This document shows positions 38,592 to 47,980 of a DNA stretch of 64,000 nt, piece by piece. Numbering within the stretch: the first letter of the stretch is position 1; every line of letters starts with the position of its first letter. The stretch covers positions 1,952,001 to 2,016,000 of the forward strand of contig OZ241867.1 of the NCBI GenBank assembly GCA_965203175.1. Direction: 5' to 3'. The position numbers and the translations under genes are program-made. The notes under the pieces are model-generated. The model saw only the letters and a program-made list of their open reading frames with translations. It made no database searches and had not been told where the DNA came from. Source of the DNA: Candidatus Latescibacterota bacterium (GTDB taxonomy: Bacteria; Latescibacterota; UBA2968; UBA8231).

Positions 38592-39847
38592 TGCTTCCTC
38601 CTTCTGAGGGCCTCTACGATATGCAGGCGCGACATTCTCCAAGCCGGATAGATACCGGAAAGCAGACCGAAGACTAAGGTTATCACCAAGCCGTAGAAAA
38701 AGATGCGATGGTTCAGGTGGAATTCGGCGTATTGCACAATGTTGCTGGCACCGAGTGCTTGTAGGACGAGAAACGTAAGCACCAGCCCTAAAGCACCGCC
38801 CAAGAGCGTGAGAATCGCGTTCTCCACCATGAATTGCCCCACTAAGGTGCGCGAAGACCCGCCGAATGCTTTGCGTACCCCAATCTCAGAAGCGCGCTCC
38901 AAGATGCGAGTGCTGTTGATATTGACCAAACTGACCACCGGCAGGAGCATGAAGAGCAACCCCAGACCGCCAAGCATCAAGAACACCATATCGGTAGTCC
39001 TGTCGTCGAAGCTCCTAGTAATGGATATGCTACGCGTAGTCTCTTCTAACAGCGTTGCAGGACCGCCGATGAGGCGGTTGAGGTGGTCGGAATCGGGATA
39101 TTCGATCCGGGTCAGCACATCGGCGAATTCCTCTTTGATAAGCGGTACTTCTGCCGCATTGCGCGCCAAGATCAGCGCCTGAGAGTTGCCGAATATCGAA
39201 TCATAACGCAGGTACTCGTCCGTTTCGCGGGTGCTGATGGGCACCCAGATATCGGCAAAGGACGCCACGCGGAATACCGGTACATTGGGTACAACCCCTA
39301 CCACGCGAAAAGAACGCCCTTTGACTTCGATGTACTTCCCCACGGCCTGCTCTCCCCCGAAAAACACCCGGCGCGTCTCCTCATTGATCACAGCCACTCG
39401 TTGGGCCTCCTCTACTTCCTTTGTGGTATAGGGACGGCCTTCGAGGAAGTCGAATTCGAGTATCTCCCAGAACGCTCCGTCCGTGTACTTGAGGTCGGAT
39501 TCGATCTTCACGCCCTTGCGATACGTTACTTCCGGGGACCAGAAGCTTGTGGAAATGGACACCTTTTCCGCATGATCTAGCGAGGACACGTACCGTTCCA
39601 AAAAGGCGTAGCTAGGTGCCTGGATATACCTGCCTGGGCGGTCTGTGTGCTCTCCTGTGAGAATCTTCATGCCGAGCGTCCGATCCGCCCGCGTCTCTGG
39701 CGGGAAGGAGCCAAAGACGTGGTCGAGCAAGGCCGTCGCCACCATCAGCACCATGAGCGTGAAGCTGATGGTAACGAGGCTGATGCAGGTAAAGACCTTG
39801 CGCCGCAACAGGACCTTGAGCGCCATTTTGATGTAGTTCTTCAGCAT
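38588..39847 (-). CDS. MacB/FtsX-type ABC transporter permease
   Basis: MLKNYIKMALKVL, ERASEIGVRKAFG, SGIYPAWRMSR. Confidence 0.92.
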   Translation of the reverse strand: MLKNYIKMALKVLLRRKVFTCISLVTISFTLMVLMVATALLDHVFGSFPPETRADRTLGMKILTGEHTDRPGRYIQAPSYAFLERYVSSLDHAEKVSISTSFWSPEVTYRKGVKIESDLKYTDGAFWEILEFDFLEGRPYTTKEVEEAQRVAVINEETRRVFFGGEQAVGKYIEVKGRSFRVVGVVPNVPVFRVASFADIWVPISTRETDEYLRYDSIFGNSQALILARNAAEVPLIKEEFADVLTRIEYPDSDHLNRLIGGPATLLEETTRSISITRSFDDRTTDMVFLMLGGLGLLFMLLPVVSLVNINSTRILERASEIGVRKAFGGSSRTLVGQFMVENAILTLLGGALGLVLTFLVLQALGASNIVQYAEFHLNHRIFFYGLVITLVFGLLSGIYPAWRMSRLHIVEALRRRKQ

Positions 39848-39868
39848 GATCGCCTCCCGTAGATAGAA

Positions 39869-41071
39869 TTAGTCGTGGTGTAGGGCCTCGACCGGCCGCA
39901 CCTTGGTAGCCAGCCAACTCGGATAAAGACCGCACAGCAACACCAGCAGATAGAACGCAAGTGCCGCCGTCATCAGCCCCAAGGCCATCACATAAGGCGG
40001 CACTAGGGTTTCCCACAGCAGGTCCAATAGCTGGAACTGGACAAACGGCACACAGCCGAGGACAACCGCTATCGTCACCAGCACCGCCAATTCGCCCAAA
40101 AATTGTCCGTAGACCCAGCCGCCCGGAGCCCCCACAGCCCGCCGTATTCCGATCTCTCGGGTGCGGCGACGCACGTTCTGCCACATCAGACCGATCAGCC
40201 CCGAGACCACCATGAGCATTATCAGACCGCTGAGCATGGCCAGTCGCTGTAGATTACCGAGCTTTCGCTGACGACTAGCTTCCAAGCGATCCATCACCGA
40301 CGCAACTATGAGCCGTGCGTCATACTCATCAGGGACGAGTGCGTGGACCCTAGCTTTGAGGGTTTCTTCAAAAGCTGGCCCAGCACCCGGATGGGACTTT
40401 ACGAGGAAGTTAAATTCCGAGACAGACCTCTGAGACGGATTATTGGAAAGCTGACTGAACATGAGGCCCGGCACCTCGACGTCCTCGTAGCCCCTGTAAA
40501 GACAAGTCTCCACGACCCCGACCACGCGAGTATGGGTGAGACCATCAACTCTTGGTGAGTCGCCAAGTGCTTTGCCCAAGGGATCTTCGTCGCCGAAAAG
40601 ACTGCGGCTCAACTCTTGGTCAATGACTACTGTCCACCAGTTTAAGGCGGCGTCTTCGGGTTGGAACCAACGCCCGCTGAGTAGCCGCAGCCCCAAAACC
40701 TCTATACCCTCGTCCGAAATAGAAACGGAACCGATCCCGTTTACCGAAAAGACCGAGAACGGCGGTGAGGAAACTTGGGCCACTCCCTGAACTCCGTCGA
40801 GTGCCCGAAGCTCCATCCCCGTGAGCTCGATGCTGCGCCGGATCATTGCCTTGGCGTTATCATCTTGGTTCCGTCCAAAATCCCGGTCCTGTACCGAGAC
40901 GATCCACAAGTCTTCAGCCTCGAATCCCAATGGCTTCGAATTCTCTATGGTGAATAGCACCCAACCAGCGACCAAGAGGGTAAACACCAGAAACGACAGG
41001 AAGAGTTCGCCAACGAGCAGCAGATAGGTCCGCCGCCGGTTCCACGCCAAGCGGCACAAATGGGCAAGCAT
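39869..41071 (-). CDS. MacB/FtsX-type ABC transporter permease
   Basis: MLAHLCRLAWNRRR, REIGIRRAVG, ends PVEALHHD. TGATG coupling at 41069-41073. Confidence 0.9.
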   Translation of the reverse strand: MLAHLCRLAWNRRRTYLLLVGELFLSFLVFTLLVAGWVLFTIENSKPLGFEAEDLWIVSVQDRDFGRNQDDNAKAMIRRSIELTGMELRALDGVQGVAQVSSPPFSVFSVNGIGSVSISDEGIEVLGLRLLSGRWFQPEDAALNWWTVVIDQELSRSLFGDEDPLGKALGDSPRVDGLTHTRVVGVVETCLYRGYEDVEVPGLMFSQLSNNPSQRSVSEFNFLVKSHPGAGPAFEETLKARVHALVPDEYDARLIVASVMDRLEASRQRKLGNLQRLAMLSGLIMLMVVSGLIGLMWQNVRRRTREIGIRRAVGAPGGWVYGQFLGELAVLVTIAVVLGCVPFVQFQLLDLLWETLVPPYVMALGLMTAALAFYLLVLLCGLYPSWLATKVRPVEALHHD

Positions 41072-42357
41072 CAGTTTTCCCTCCCGGTCAAAGCTTGGAC
41101 GGGGTTCAGGCGCGCCATTTTCCAAGCGGGATAGGCTCCAGAGATTGCCCCGAAGACCACGGCCATCAATAGCCCATAGAAAAAGGTGCGGAGCAATACC
41201 CCAGTATCTAGGTACACATGGAAAGAGAGAGCCATTACTCCCCAGACGCATGGCAGGCTCAACGCCCCGCCTATTAGAGTGAGCAGCACGTTTTCCATGA
41301 CGAACTGCCCCATCAAGGTGCGGACTGAGCCGCCAAATGCCCTGCGCACACCGATCTCGGCCGCTCGCTCCTCAATACGACCGATGTTGAGATTGACGTG
41401 GTGGAGTGCCGGCAGAAGCATGATCAGCAGCAAGCAAATTCCCACTACGATCATATTCTGCCAGACATGGATAGTAACGAGTTGCTGTTTGTTCCCGCTT
41501 GTTACAAAGTCTCGGGCAGACAAACCGCCGGCCACGCCGAGTATCCATCCCTCAAATTTTGTCAGCAGTGGAGCGGCTACCTCAACGCGGGCCGAGCGGG
41601 CATCGGGCGGCGGCTCCACTTGCTCCAGCACCGTGACGAATTCGGTCTGTATCAGCTCTATATCTGCCGACTGACGCGCCAGCACGGCCGCGGCAAAGTT
41701 TCCAACGATCGCGTAAGAACGCCATTTCTTGGGAGGATCGGTGGTCACCGGCACCCAAACATCGGAGTACGTGTTGCCGCCGATAGGATCGGCCACCACG
41801 CCGACGACGCGATAATTCTCGCCATCAATGGGCACACTCTTGCCTACAACGGCCTCTGAGCCGAAGAAGCGCTTGCTAAAGCTGGCCTTGATTACAGCGA
41901 CAAAATCGCCGGACTCCACCTCATCGTCGGTATAGGGCCGGCCTTGGCGAAAATCGAAGCGAAAAACCTGCCAATAGGCCCCATCAGTCAGCCTCACCTC
42001 CACAGAGGCATCCTCGCCACCGTCGCGCAAGTTCCGGTAACTGGGACTTCTGGAAAACACCGTCGCGTTTTCCGCAGTTTCCAGCCGACGCACATAGCGG
42101 TCCAGAAACGCATAACTGGCCCCGCTGCTACTAGCGCTAGATCCCTGCTCCGACGTCTGTAGCACGTATATGCTACGGAGGTACAGGGTGCGGTCGGCGT
42201 GGACTTCGGGTGGTATCGGCCCCACTTCTTGGTCGAAAATGATCACCGCGAACATCAGCACCACGAGGGTGATACATATCCCGAACAAGTTGACGGCAGT
42301 GAAAAACTTGTGCCGCCAAAAGACCTTGAGGGCGATTTTGATGTAGTTCTTCAGCAT
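41071..42357 (-). CDS. MacB/FtsX-type ABC transporter permease
   Basis: MLKNYIKIALKV, EIGVRRAFG, SGAYPAWKMAR. Confidence 0.92.
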   Translation of the reverse strand: MLKNYIKIALKVFWRHKFFTAVNLFGICITLVVLMFAVIIFDQEVGPIPPEVHADRTLYLRSIYVLQTSEQGSSASSSGASYAFLDRYVRRLETAENATVFSRSPSYRNLRDGGEDASVEVRLTDGAYWQVFRFDFRQGRPYTDDEVESGDFVAVIKASFSKRFFGSEAVVGKSVPIDGENYRVVGVVADPIGGNTYSDVWVPVTTDPPKKWRSYAIVGNFAAAVLARQSADIELIQTEFVTVLEQVEPPPDARSARVEVAAPLLTKFEGWILGVAGGLSARDFVTSGNKQQLVTIHVWQNMIVVGICLLLIMLLPALHHVNLNIGRIEERAAEIGVRRAFGGSVRTLMGQFVMENVLLTLIGGALSLPCVWGVMALSFHVYLDTGVLLRTFFYGLLMAVVFGAISGAYPAWKMARLNPVQALTGREN

Positions 42358-42364
42358 CTCGTCC

Positions 42365-43030
<666 letters not shown>

Positions 43031-43041
43031 GGCAGTCTCCT

Positions 43042-44310
43042 TTATTTGATCTGGACTTCGTCCAAGTGCAGGTAGTCTTTCACATCCGAGATGATCACCT
43101 CGTCGCCTTCGATTAACCCTTCTTCCACCTCGTAGTACTCGAAATTGGCAATGCCGATGCGCACCTCGGTCTTCACGGCGGTTTGGCCGCGCACTACAAA
43201 GACCTCGTGCAGGCCCGCCCGCCCGCTGATGAACGGCCCCCGCTTGAGGCGCAGGGCTCGGGCCTTGCGCGCGGTGACGATATAGGCGTCCACCCGCTGG
43301 TTGGGTCGCAGCAGCGCGTGCGCTGAATCTTCTAATTCGACTTCAAGCTGGATGATCCCACCTTCAACCGTGGGCAGGATGCGGGCGATGTGGCCCTTTA
43401 CGTATTCTTCTTCATTAATGCGCGAGCGCACCCACAGCCCGGTCTGGAGCCGGCGGGCGTGGATATCGGAAACAGTGACATCCACGCGGAACGAGCTGAG
43501 GTCGGCGATGCGGGCGATTTCTTGGCCCTGGCTGATGGAAGCGCCGACTTCCGGCGCAATCGCGGTGAGCACGCCGTCTCTGTCGGCCCGGATGTGGGCG
43601 CGCTCCAAGCGGCGGCGGGCCTCCTCGACCTCGCGTTCGAGGATATTCATCTCCAATTGCAGGGCTTCCAACTGGGCCTGGGTGGATTCGACGAGGTTGC
43701 GGCGGTCTTCTTCAAGCTGCTGCAATTCTATCTCAGCGCGCTGTTCTTGCAGGTGCGCTTGGCTCAGCTCTTCCTCGGAAACCGCGCCAAAACCCTGTAA
43801 TTCGCGGAGCTGCGCAGTGCGGGTCTTAAAACGCTGAAATTCCAAGTTCTTCAGCTTCCAGCGCGTGTCCAGATCGCTCAGCCTTTTGCGTTCGTCCAAT
43901 TCTAGTTGGGTGCGGCGGTTCTGCTTGAGGGCCAACTCTTCGGCCCGCTTCTCGACGTCGAGCCGCGCGGCGTTCAAGTCCAGTTCGACGATGGGCTGTC
44001 CCTGCTGCAACATGGCCCCCGGCTTTTGCAGGATGCGCACCAGCCGCGTATTGATGGGGCTGAAGATGATCTGCTCGAACTGGGGTACCACCGTGCCCGA
44101 AGCAGTAATCGTCTCTTCCACTGCGCCCCATTGCACCTGCGCGGTGCGAATGCGGTCGGGGTCCAGCGCCGGTCTGATCCAACTGGGCAACCAAACAGAG
44201 AGCCAGAGGAGCGCAGCCACTCCCACCACTGCATAGGCGATGCGCTTGCCGCGCTGGCGTCGCAGGAAGGTGGGATCTATTGGGCGGTCCATTGTGTCCA
44301 TGAGGTTCAT
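43042..44310 (-). CDS. Efflux periplasmic adaptor (membrane fusion protein, MacA/HlyD-like)
   Basis: N-terminal TM, ITASGTVVP, long coiled coil, GLIEGDEVII. Confidence 0.9.
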   Translation of the reverse strand: MNLMDTMDRPIDPTFLRRQRGKRIAYAVVGVAALLWLSVWLPSWIRPALDPDRIRTAQVQWGAVEETITASGTVVPQFEQIIFSPINTRLVRILQKPGAMLQQGQPIVELDLNAARLDVEKRAEELALKQNRRTQLELDERKRLSDLDTRWKLKNLEFQRFKTRTAQLRELQGFGAVSEEELSQAHLQEQRAEIELQQLEEDRRNLVESTQAQLEALQLEMNILEREVEEARRRLERAHIRADRDGVLTAIAPEVGASISQGQEIARIADLSSFRVDVTVSDIHARRLQTGLWVRSRINEEEYVKGHIARILPTVEGGIIQLEVELEDSAHALLRPNQRVDAYIVTARKARALRLKRGPFISGRAGLHEVFVVRGQTAVKTEVRIGIANFEYYEVEEGLIEGDEVIISDVKDYLHLDEVQIK

Positions 44311-44331
44311 ACCTCCGCTTGTCTTTTGTAT

Positions 44332-44348
44332 AACAAATTCCGTGCCAA
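44332..44348 (-). promoter_or_regulatory. Sigma-54 (-24/-12) promoter
   Basis: Minus-strand TTGGCACGGAATTTGTT matches TGGCAC-N5-TTG(C) with a -12 variant, about 20 nt before the GGAGG-ATG 44310. Confidence 0.7.
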
Positions 44349-44401
44349 AGAGACAAATGATTGTTTTTACTCAAGTTATATTTTTCGAGACAGGGCGTTT
44401 T

Positions 44402-44438
44402 TGTCCGCTTTTGAACAATCACTGTTCATTTTCGGACA
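44402..44438. promoter_or_regulatory. Tandem palindromic enhancer-binding-protein sites (UAS)
   Basis: TGTCCG-CTTT-TGAACA (44402-44417) and TGTTCA-TTTT-CGGACA (44423-44438). Both are TGT-N10-ACA, offset by 21 bp, upstream of the sigma-54 promoter. Confidence 0.65.
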
Positions 44439-44461
44439 GTCGTTCGGAATCGGGAGGGCAC

Positions 44462-44489
44462 AAAAAAGGGCACCCACGAGGGGTGCCCT
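44462..44489 (-). terminator. Rho-independent terminator after the PhyH gene
   Basis: Minus-strand AGGGCACCC-CTCGT-GGGTGCCCT followed by a T run. Confidence 0.8.
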
Positions 44490-44511
44490 ACGAACGCAAT
44501 CGGCGCGGAAT

Positions 44512-45324
44512 CTATTCGACCCAGTGGCGGAACAAGGGCTGGACTGGGGCGGGCAGTTCGGCGAAAACGGCGGCGGGCAGCGACGGCACGGCGTTTTCCT
44601 TGCGGCCGGTTTCATCGGACAGGCGGCGGCGCTCGTCCGAGCCGGGGCGCAAGACCTCGACATTGAGCCACCAAGGGGCGTAGCGCACGACTACCGAGGT
44701 GCGGGGTTGGTGCGAGCGGTTGGGCGCGGTCGCGTGCCACAGGCGGCTGTCGAGCACGAGCACGCTGCCGGCTGGGCCGCAGGCGTTTACTTCCGTGGGA
44801 TACGGGGCCAGCGGATCGACGCCATTGTCGCCGGTGGGGTTGTTCGGGGAGCGGTGGCTGCCGGGGACGAGGAGAGTGCCGCCGTTTTCCTCGGTAAAAG
44901 GGGCCAGCATCCACAAGGTGGTCAAGTGGACCGTCGCGTCGGGATACGGCGCGGGGATATGGCCGGCGTTGTTCTGGTTGAAGGGCCAGTCGGCGTGCCA
45001 GCCGCCGCGCTCGTTGCCTGGGTAGTTGATCGTGCCGGTGGTGAAGGAGATGCGCGGATGATGGCCTAACATCGCGCCAACCAAGGCGAGGAGATTTTCA
45101 TCGGCGAGAAAAGGCGCAAAGGACTGGTCGAAGTTGATCATGCCCGGCAGGTGGCCAATGCCGGATGGGGCTGCGGGATTGCGGTGTTCTGCGACCGCGG
45201 CCTCGACGCTCTGGCGCACGTGCTCGATTTGGTCGGCTGGGATGACGTCTTCGACCACGCACCAGCCGTCTAGTTTTAGGTGCAGAAGCAGTCGGTCTAA
45301 TTGCATGAGCTCGCTCCCTGTCAT
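44512..45324 (-). CDS. Phytanoyl-CoA dioxygenase (PhyH) family 2OG-Fe(II) oxygenase
   Basis: DGWCVVEDVI, WHAD (HxD), FTEENGGTLLVPGSH, LWH..APN.S..PR. Confidence 0.92.
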   Translation of the reverse strand: MTGSELMQLDRLLLHLKLDGWCVVEDVIPADQIEHVRQSVEAAVAEHRNPAAPSGIGHLPGMINFDQSFAPFLADENLLALVGAMLGHHPRISFTTGTINYPGNERGGWHADWPFNQNNAGHIPAPYPDATVHLTTLWMLAPFTEENGGTLLVPGSHRSPNNPTGDNGVDPLAPYPTEVNACGPAGSVLVLDSRLWHATAPNRSHQPRTSVVVRYAPWWLNVEVLRPGSDERRRLSDETGRKENAVPSLPAAVFAELPAPVQPLFRHWVE

Positions 45325-45436
45325 CGGCTACATAATAGAATAGACTTTTGTTGGGGTGGCAATGGACGGATGGCTTGACAGCGATAGGATGGTCGTGGAG
45401 TTTGGAGCGCATGTCAATTTTGGGGGAGACCAGCGG

Positions 45437-46300
45437 ATGAGCATGGAAGGGGCACCGCCCCTCTGGTTGGTGCTGCCGCTGCTGATGGAATTCGGCTTTG
45501 GGCAGGTGTTCAAATGGGCCTCGCAGCACCGGTGCTACGCTCCGACCGTGGTATCGACCAACTATTGGGTGCTAGCTTCCATTCTGCTGCTCTATCTGGG
45601 ATTCACAGGGCAATTGCAAGTACCGGCCGGCGCAGTGAAGGTCGGCGCGATTACTGGCACGGTCTTCATTAGCTCCATGCTGTTGATGACGCGCTTGTTG
45701 CGGACCTTTCGGGTGGCCTCGGTGTTGACTGCTTTCCGCCTTGCCATCGTCGTGCCGGTAGGGTTGGGCGTGCTGTTGTGGAACGAGCCGTTGGGCAGCC
45801 TGCAACTGTTGGGCTTGGGCTTGGCGTTGGTGGCCGTTTTGTTGATGTCGCGGCACGCTGGGCACCAGACTAATGTTTCGCGCTGGGTCGCCACCGGGCT
45901 GCTGATATTGGTTTTCAGTATCCAAGGGATGAGCACTTCCTGTCTGCGCTGGGTGCATTACGCCGGCTTGGACGATGCCTATTTACAAGTGCTCATGGTC
46001 ATCGGCTTTACCGCTGGGACTATTGGGGGCACTGTGTTGCTGTGGGAGGCGCGGCAGCGCGTTCGGCGCTTTGATTTGGCGGTGGGAGCTGGTATTGGGG
46101 TGTACAATCTGCTGGCCTTAATGGCCGTGCTGATCGCGCTCAAGCACGTGCCGGGCACGGTATTTTTCCCATTGGTGGGCTGCGGCGTTGTCATTTTGGA
46201 CAATGTGACGGCACCGCTGTTGTGGAAAGAGCCGATCAGTCGGGCGGCCGTTTTGGGCGTGGGCATGGGGGTGCTAGCCGTAATCTTGGTAGTTCAATGA
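45437..46300 (+). CDS. DMT/EamA-family transporter
   Basis: About 10 hydrophobic segments in two repeats with LLWNEPL / LLWKEPI motifs. Confidence 0.8.
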   Translation: MSMEGAPPLWLVLPLLMEFGFGQVFKWASQHRCYAPTVVSTNYWVLASILLLYLGFTGQLQVPAGAVKVGAITGTVFISSMLLMTRLLRTFRVASVLTAFRLAIVVPVGLGVLLWNEPLGSLQLLGLGLALVAVLLMSRHAGHQTNVSRWVATGLLILVFSIQGMSTSCLRWVHYAGLDDAYLQVLMVIGFTAGTIGGTVLLWEARQRVRRFDLAVGAGIGVYNLLALMAVLIALKHVPGTVFFPLVGCGVVILDNVTAPLLWKEPISRAAVLGVGMGVLAVILVVQ

Positions 46301-46325
46301 AACTAAACGACGAGGAGTGTGAATT

Positions 46326-47465
46326 ATGAGTAAGCGCTACAAAGTCGGAGTCATCGGGCGCACGGGTGCCGGCGACTACGGCCACGGACTGGAAACCGTT
46401 TACCGGGACTTGGAGCAAGTGGATTTGGTCGCTGTGGCCGACTCCGATCCCGAGGGCTGCGCCGCAGCCGGCGAGCGCACGGGTGCCCAGCGGCTCTACG
46501 CCGATTACCGCCAGATGCTCGCCGACGAGGATTTGGACATAGTCAGCGTCTGTCCGCGGATGCCCGACTGCCACGCCGACATGGTCATCGCCTGTGCCGA
46601 GGCCGGGGTGCGCGGCGTGTTTATCGAGAAGCCGCTGACGCCCACTCTGCGCGAGGCCGACGCCCTGTTGGCGGCCTGTCAGGAGCACGGCGTCAAGACT
46701 GCGGTGGCGCACCGGCGCGCCAATCCCTACGAGGAGTACGGCAAAAAGCTGGTTGACGAGGGCGAGATCGGCCAGCTACAAGTGCTGCGCAGCCACGGCA
46801 AGTCCGACCGCCGGGCTGGGTCTCAGGATCTGATGGTCTTGGGCACGCACATGATGGACAGTATGCGCTACTTTGCCGGGGCTGAGGTGGTTTGGGCCCA
46901 CGGGCACGTCACGCAGGATGGGCGCGAGGTGACGTTGGACGATGTGCGGGAAGGGGACGAGCGCATCGGCTTGATCGCCGGCAATGGGGTGGCGGCGTAC
47001 TACGTTTTTGCGAATGGGGTGACCGCGCATTTTGAATCGCAACCGGGCTATCCAAAAGGGGCCAACAGCCGTTGGTTCGGTTTTGAGGCGCACGGCAGTG
47101 AGGGCATCATAGCCCTGCGCAATTCGCCCAACGGCGAGATGTACATCTATCGCCAGGGCATGTGGATCCCCGGGGAGGAAAACGGCACTTGGGAACGGGT
47201 GCTGTTGGACGAGTGGGAACAGTACTCAGCGGGCGAGCGCACGCATCAGAGCAATTTGATCATTGTGCGGGAATTGATCCAAGCCATTGAGGAGGATCGC
47301 CCGGTGAGGGTCTGTTCCAGCGGCGAGGACGGGCGAGCGGCGCTGGAAATGATCATGGCGGTACACGAGTCGCAGCGGTTGGGGACGCGGATGTCGTTGC
47401 CGTTGGCGAATCGGGAGAATCCGTATGAGACTTGGCGGCGGGAGGATGGGGAGAAGGCGATATAA
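46326..47465 (+). CDS. Gfo/Idh/MocA family oxidoreductase
   Basis: KVGVIG...AVADSD...YADYRQML..DIVSV, FIEKPL, GTHMMD. Confidence 0.93.
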   Translation: MSKRYKVGVIGRTGAGDYGHGLETVYRDLEQVDLVAVADSDPEGCAAAGERTGAQRLYADYRQMLADEDLDIVSVCPRMPDCHADMVIACAEAGVRGVFIEKPLTPTLREADALLAACQEHGVKTAVAHRRANPYEEYGKKLVDEGEIGQLQVLRSHGKSDRRAGSQDLMVLGTHMMDSMRYFAGAEVVWAHGHVTQDGREVTLDDVREGDERIGLIAGNGVAAYYVFANGVTAHFESQPGYPKGANSRWFGFEAHGSEGIIALRNSPNGEMYIYRQGMWIPGEENGTWERVLLDEWEQYSAGERTHQSNLIIVRELIQAIEEDRPVRVCSSGEDGRAALEMIMAVHESQRLGTRMSLPLANRENPYETWRREDGEKAI

Positions 47466-47707
47466 AGTACTACGATCCTTGCCAGAAAATACATGCTAGA
47501 CGCATTGTACCCTCATAAAAAAATCGTGCTATCTCAATTTATAACAAGGAGTTATGCAGAATCCCAGTCCCGCAATATGGGTTGCGACTTTTGCACTTGT
47601 ACCTTAGTGTCAGGTAAGGGCATTACCCGAACCAATTGTTCGATTGCTTTGCTGTGGGATAATAGACCACTGGGGGCTACTATTATTGAAGAGGAAGCCG
47701 TCAACAG

Positions 47708-47980
47708 ATGGAATTTGAATGGGATCCAGAAAAAGCCAAAGCAAACGAGCAAAAACACAATCTTACTTTTCACGAAGGGGCCACTGTTTTTGGGGATCCA
47801 CTGGCAAAAACTTTTTCCGATCCCGACCACTCAGAGGATGAAGAACGCTATCTTACTTTTGGCCTGTCGAGATTGAATCGATTGGTAGTCATCTCGCATA
47901 CCCAACGAGCCGGAAAGACGAGAATAATCAGTGCACGTTTAATGACGCGTCGGGAAAGGAAGATCTATGAAGAAGACTGA
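47708..47980 (+). CDS. brnT: BrnT-family type II toxin (DUF497)
   Basis: MEFEWDPEKAKANEQKH...F.DP....DPDHSEDEERY...RIISAR.MTRRERKIYE. Confidence 0.92.
   Translation: MEFEWDPEKAKANEQKHNLTFHEGATVFGDPLAKTFSDPDHSEDEERYLTFGLSRLNRLVVISHTQRAGKTRIISARLMTRRERKIYEED

Noticed and set aside
43906-45069. 387-aa plus-strand ORF spanning two genes and an intergenic region
   Set aside because: Antisense to the adaptor and PhyH genes and crosses a promoter and terminator, so a GC-rich shadow ORF.
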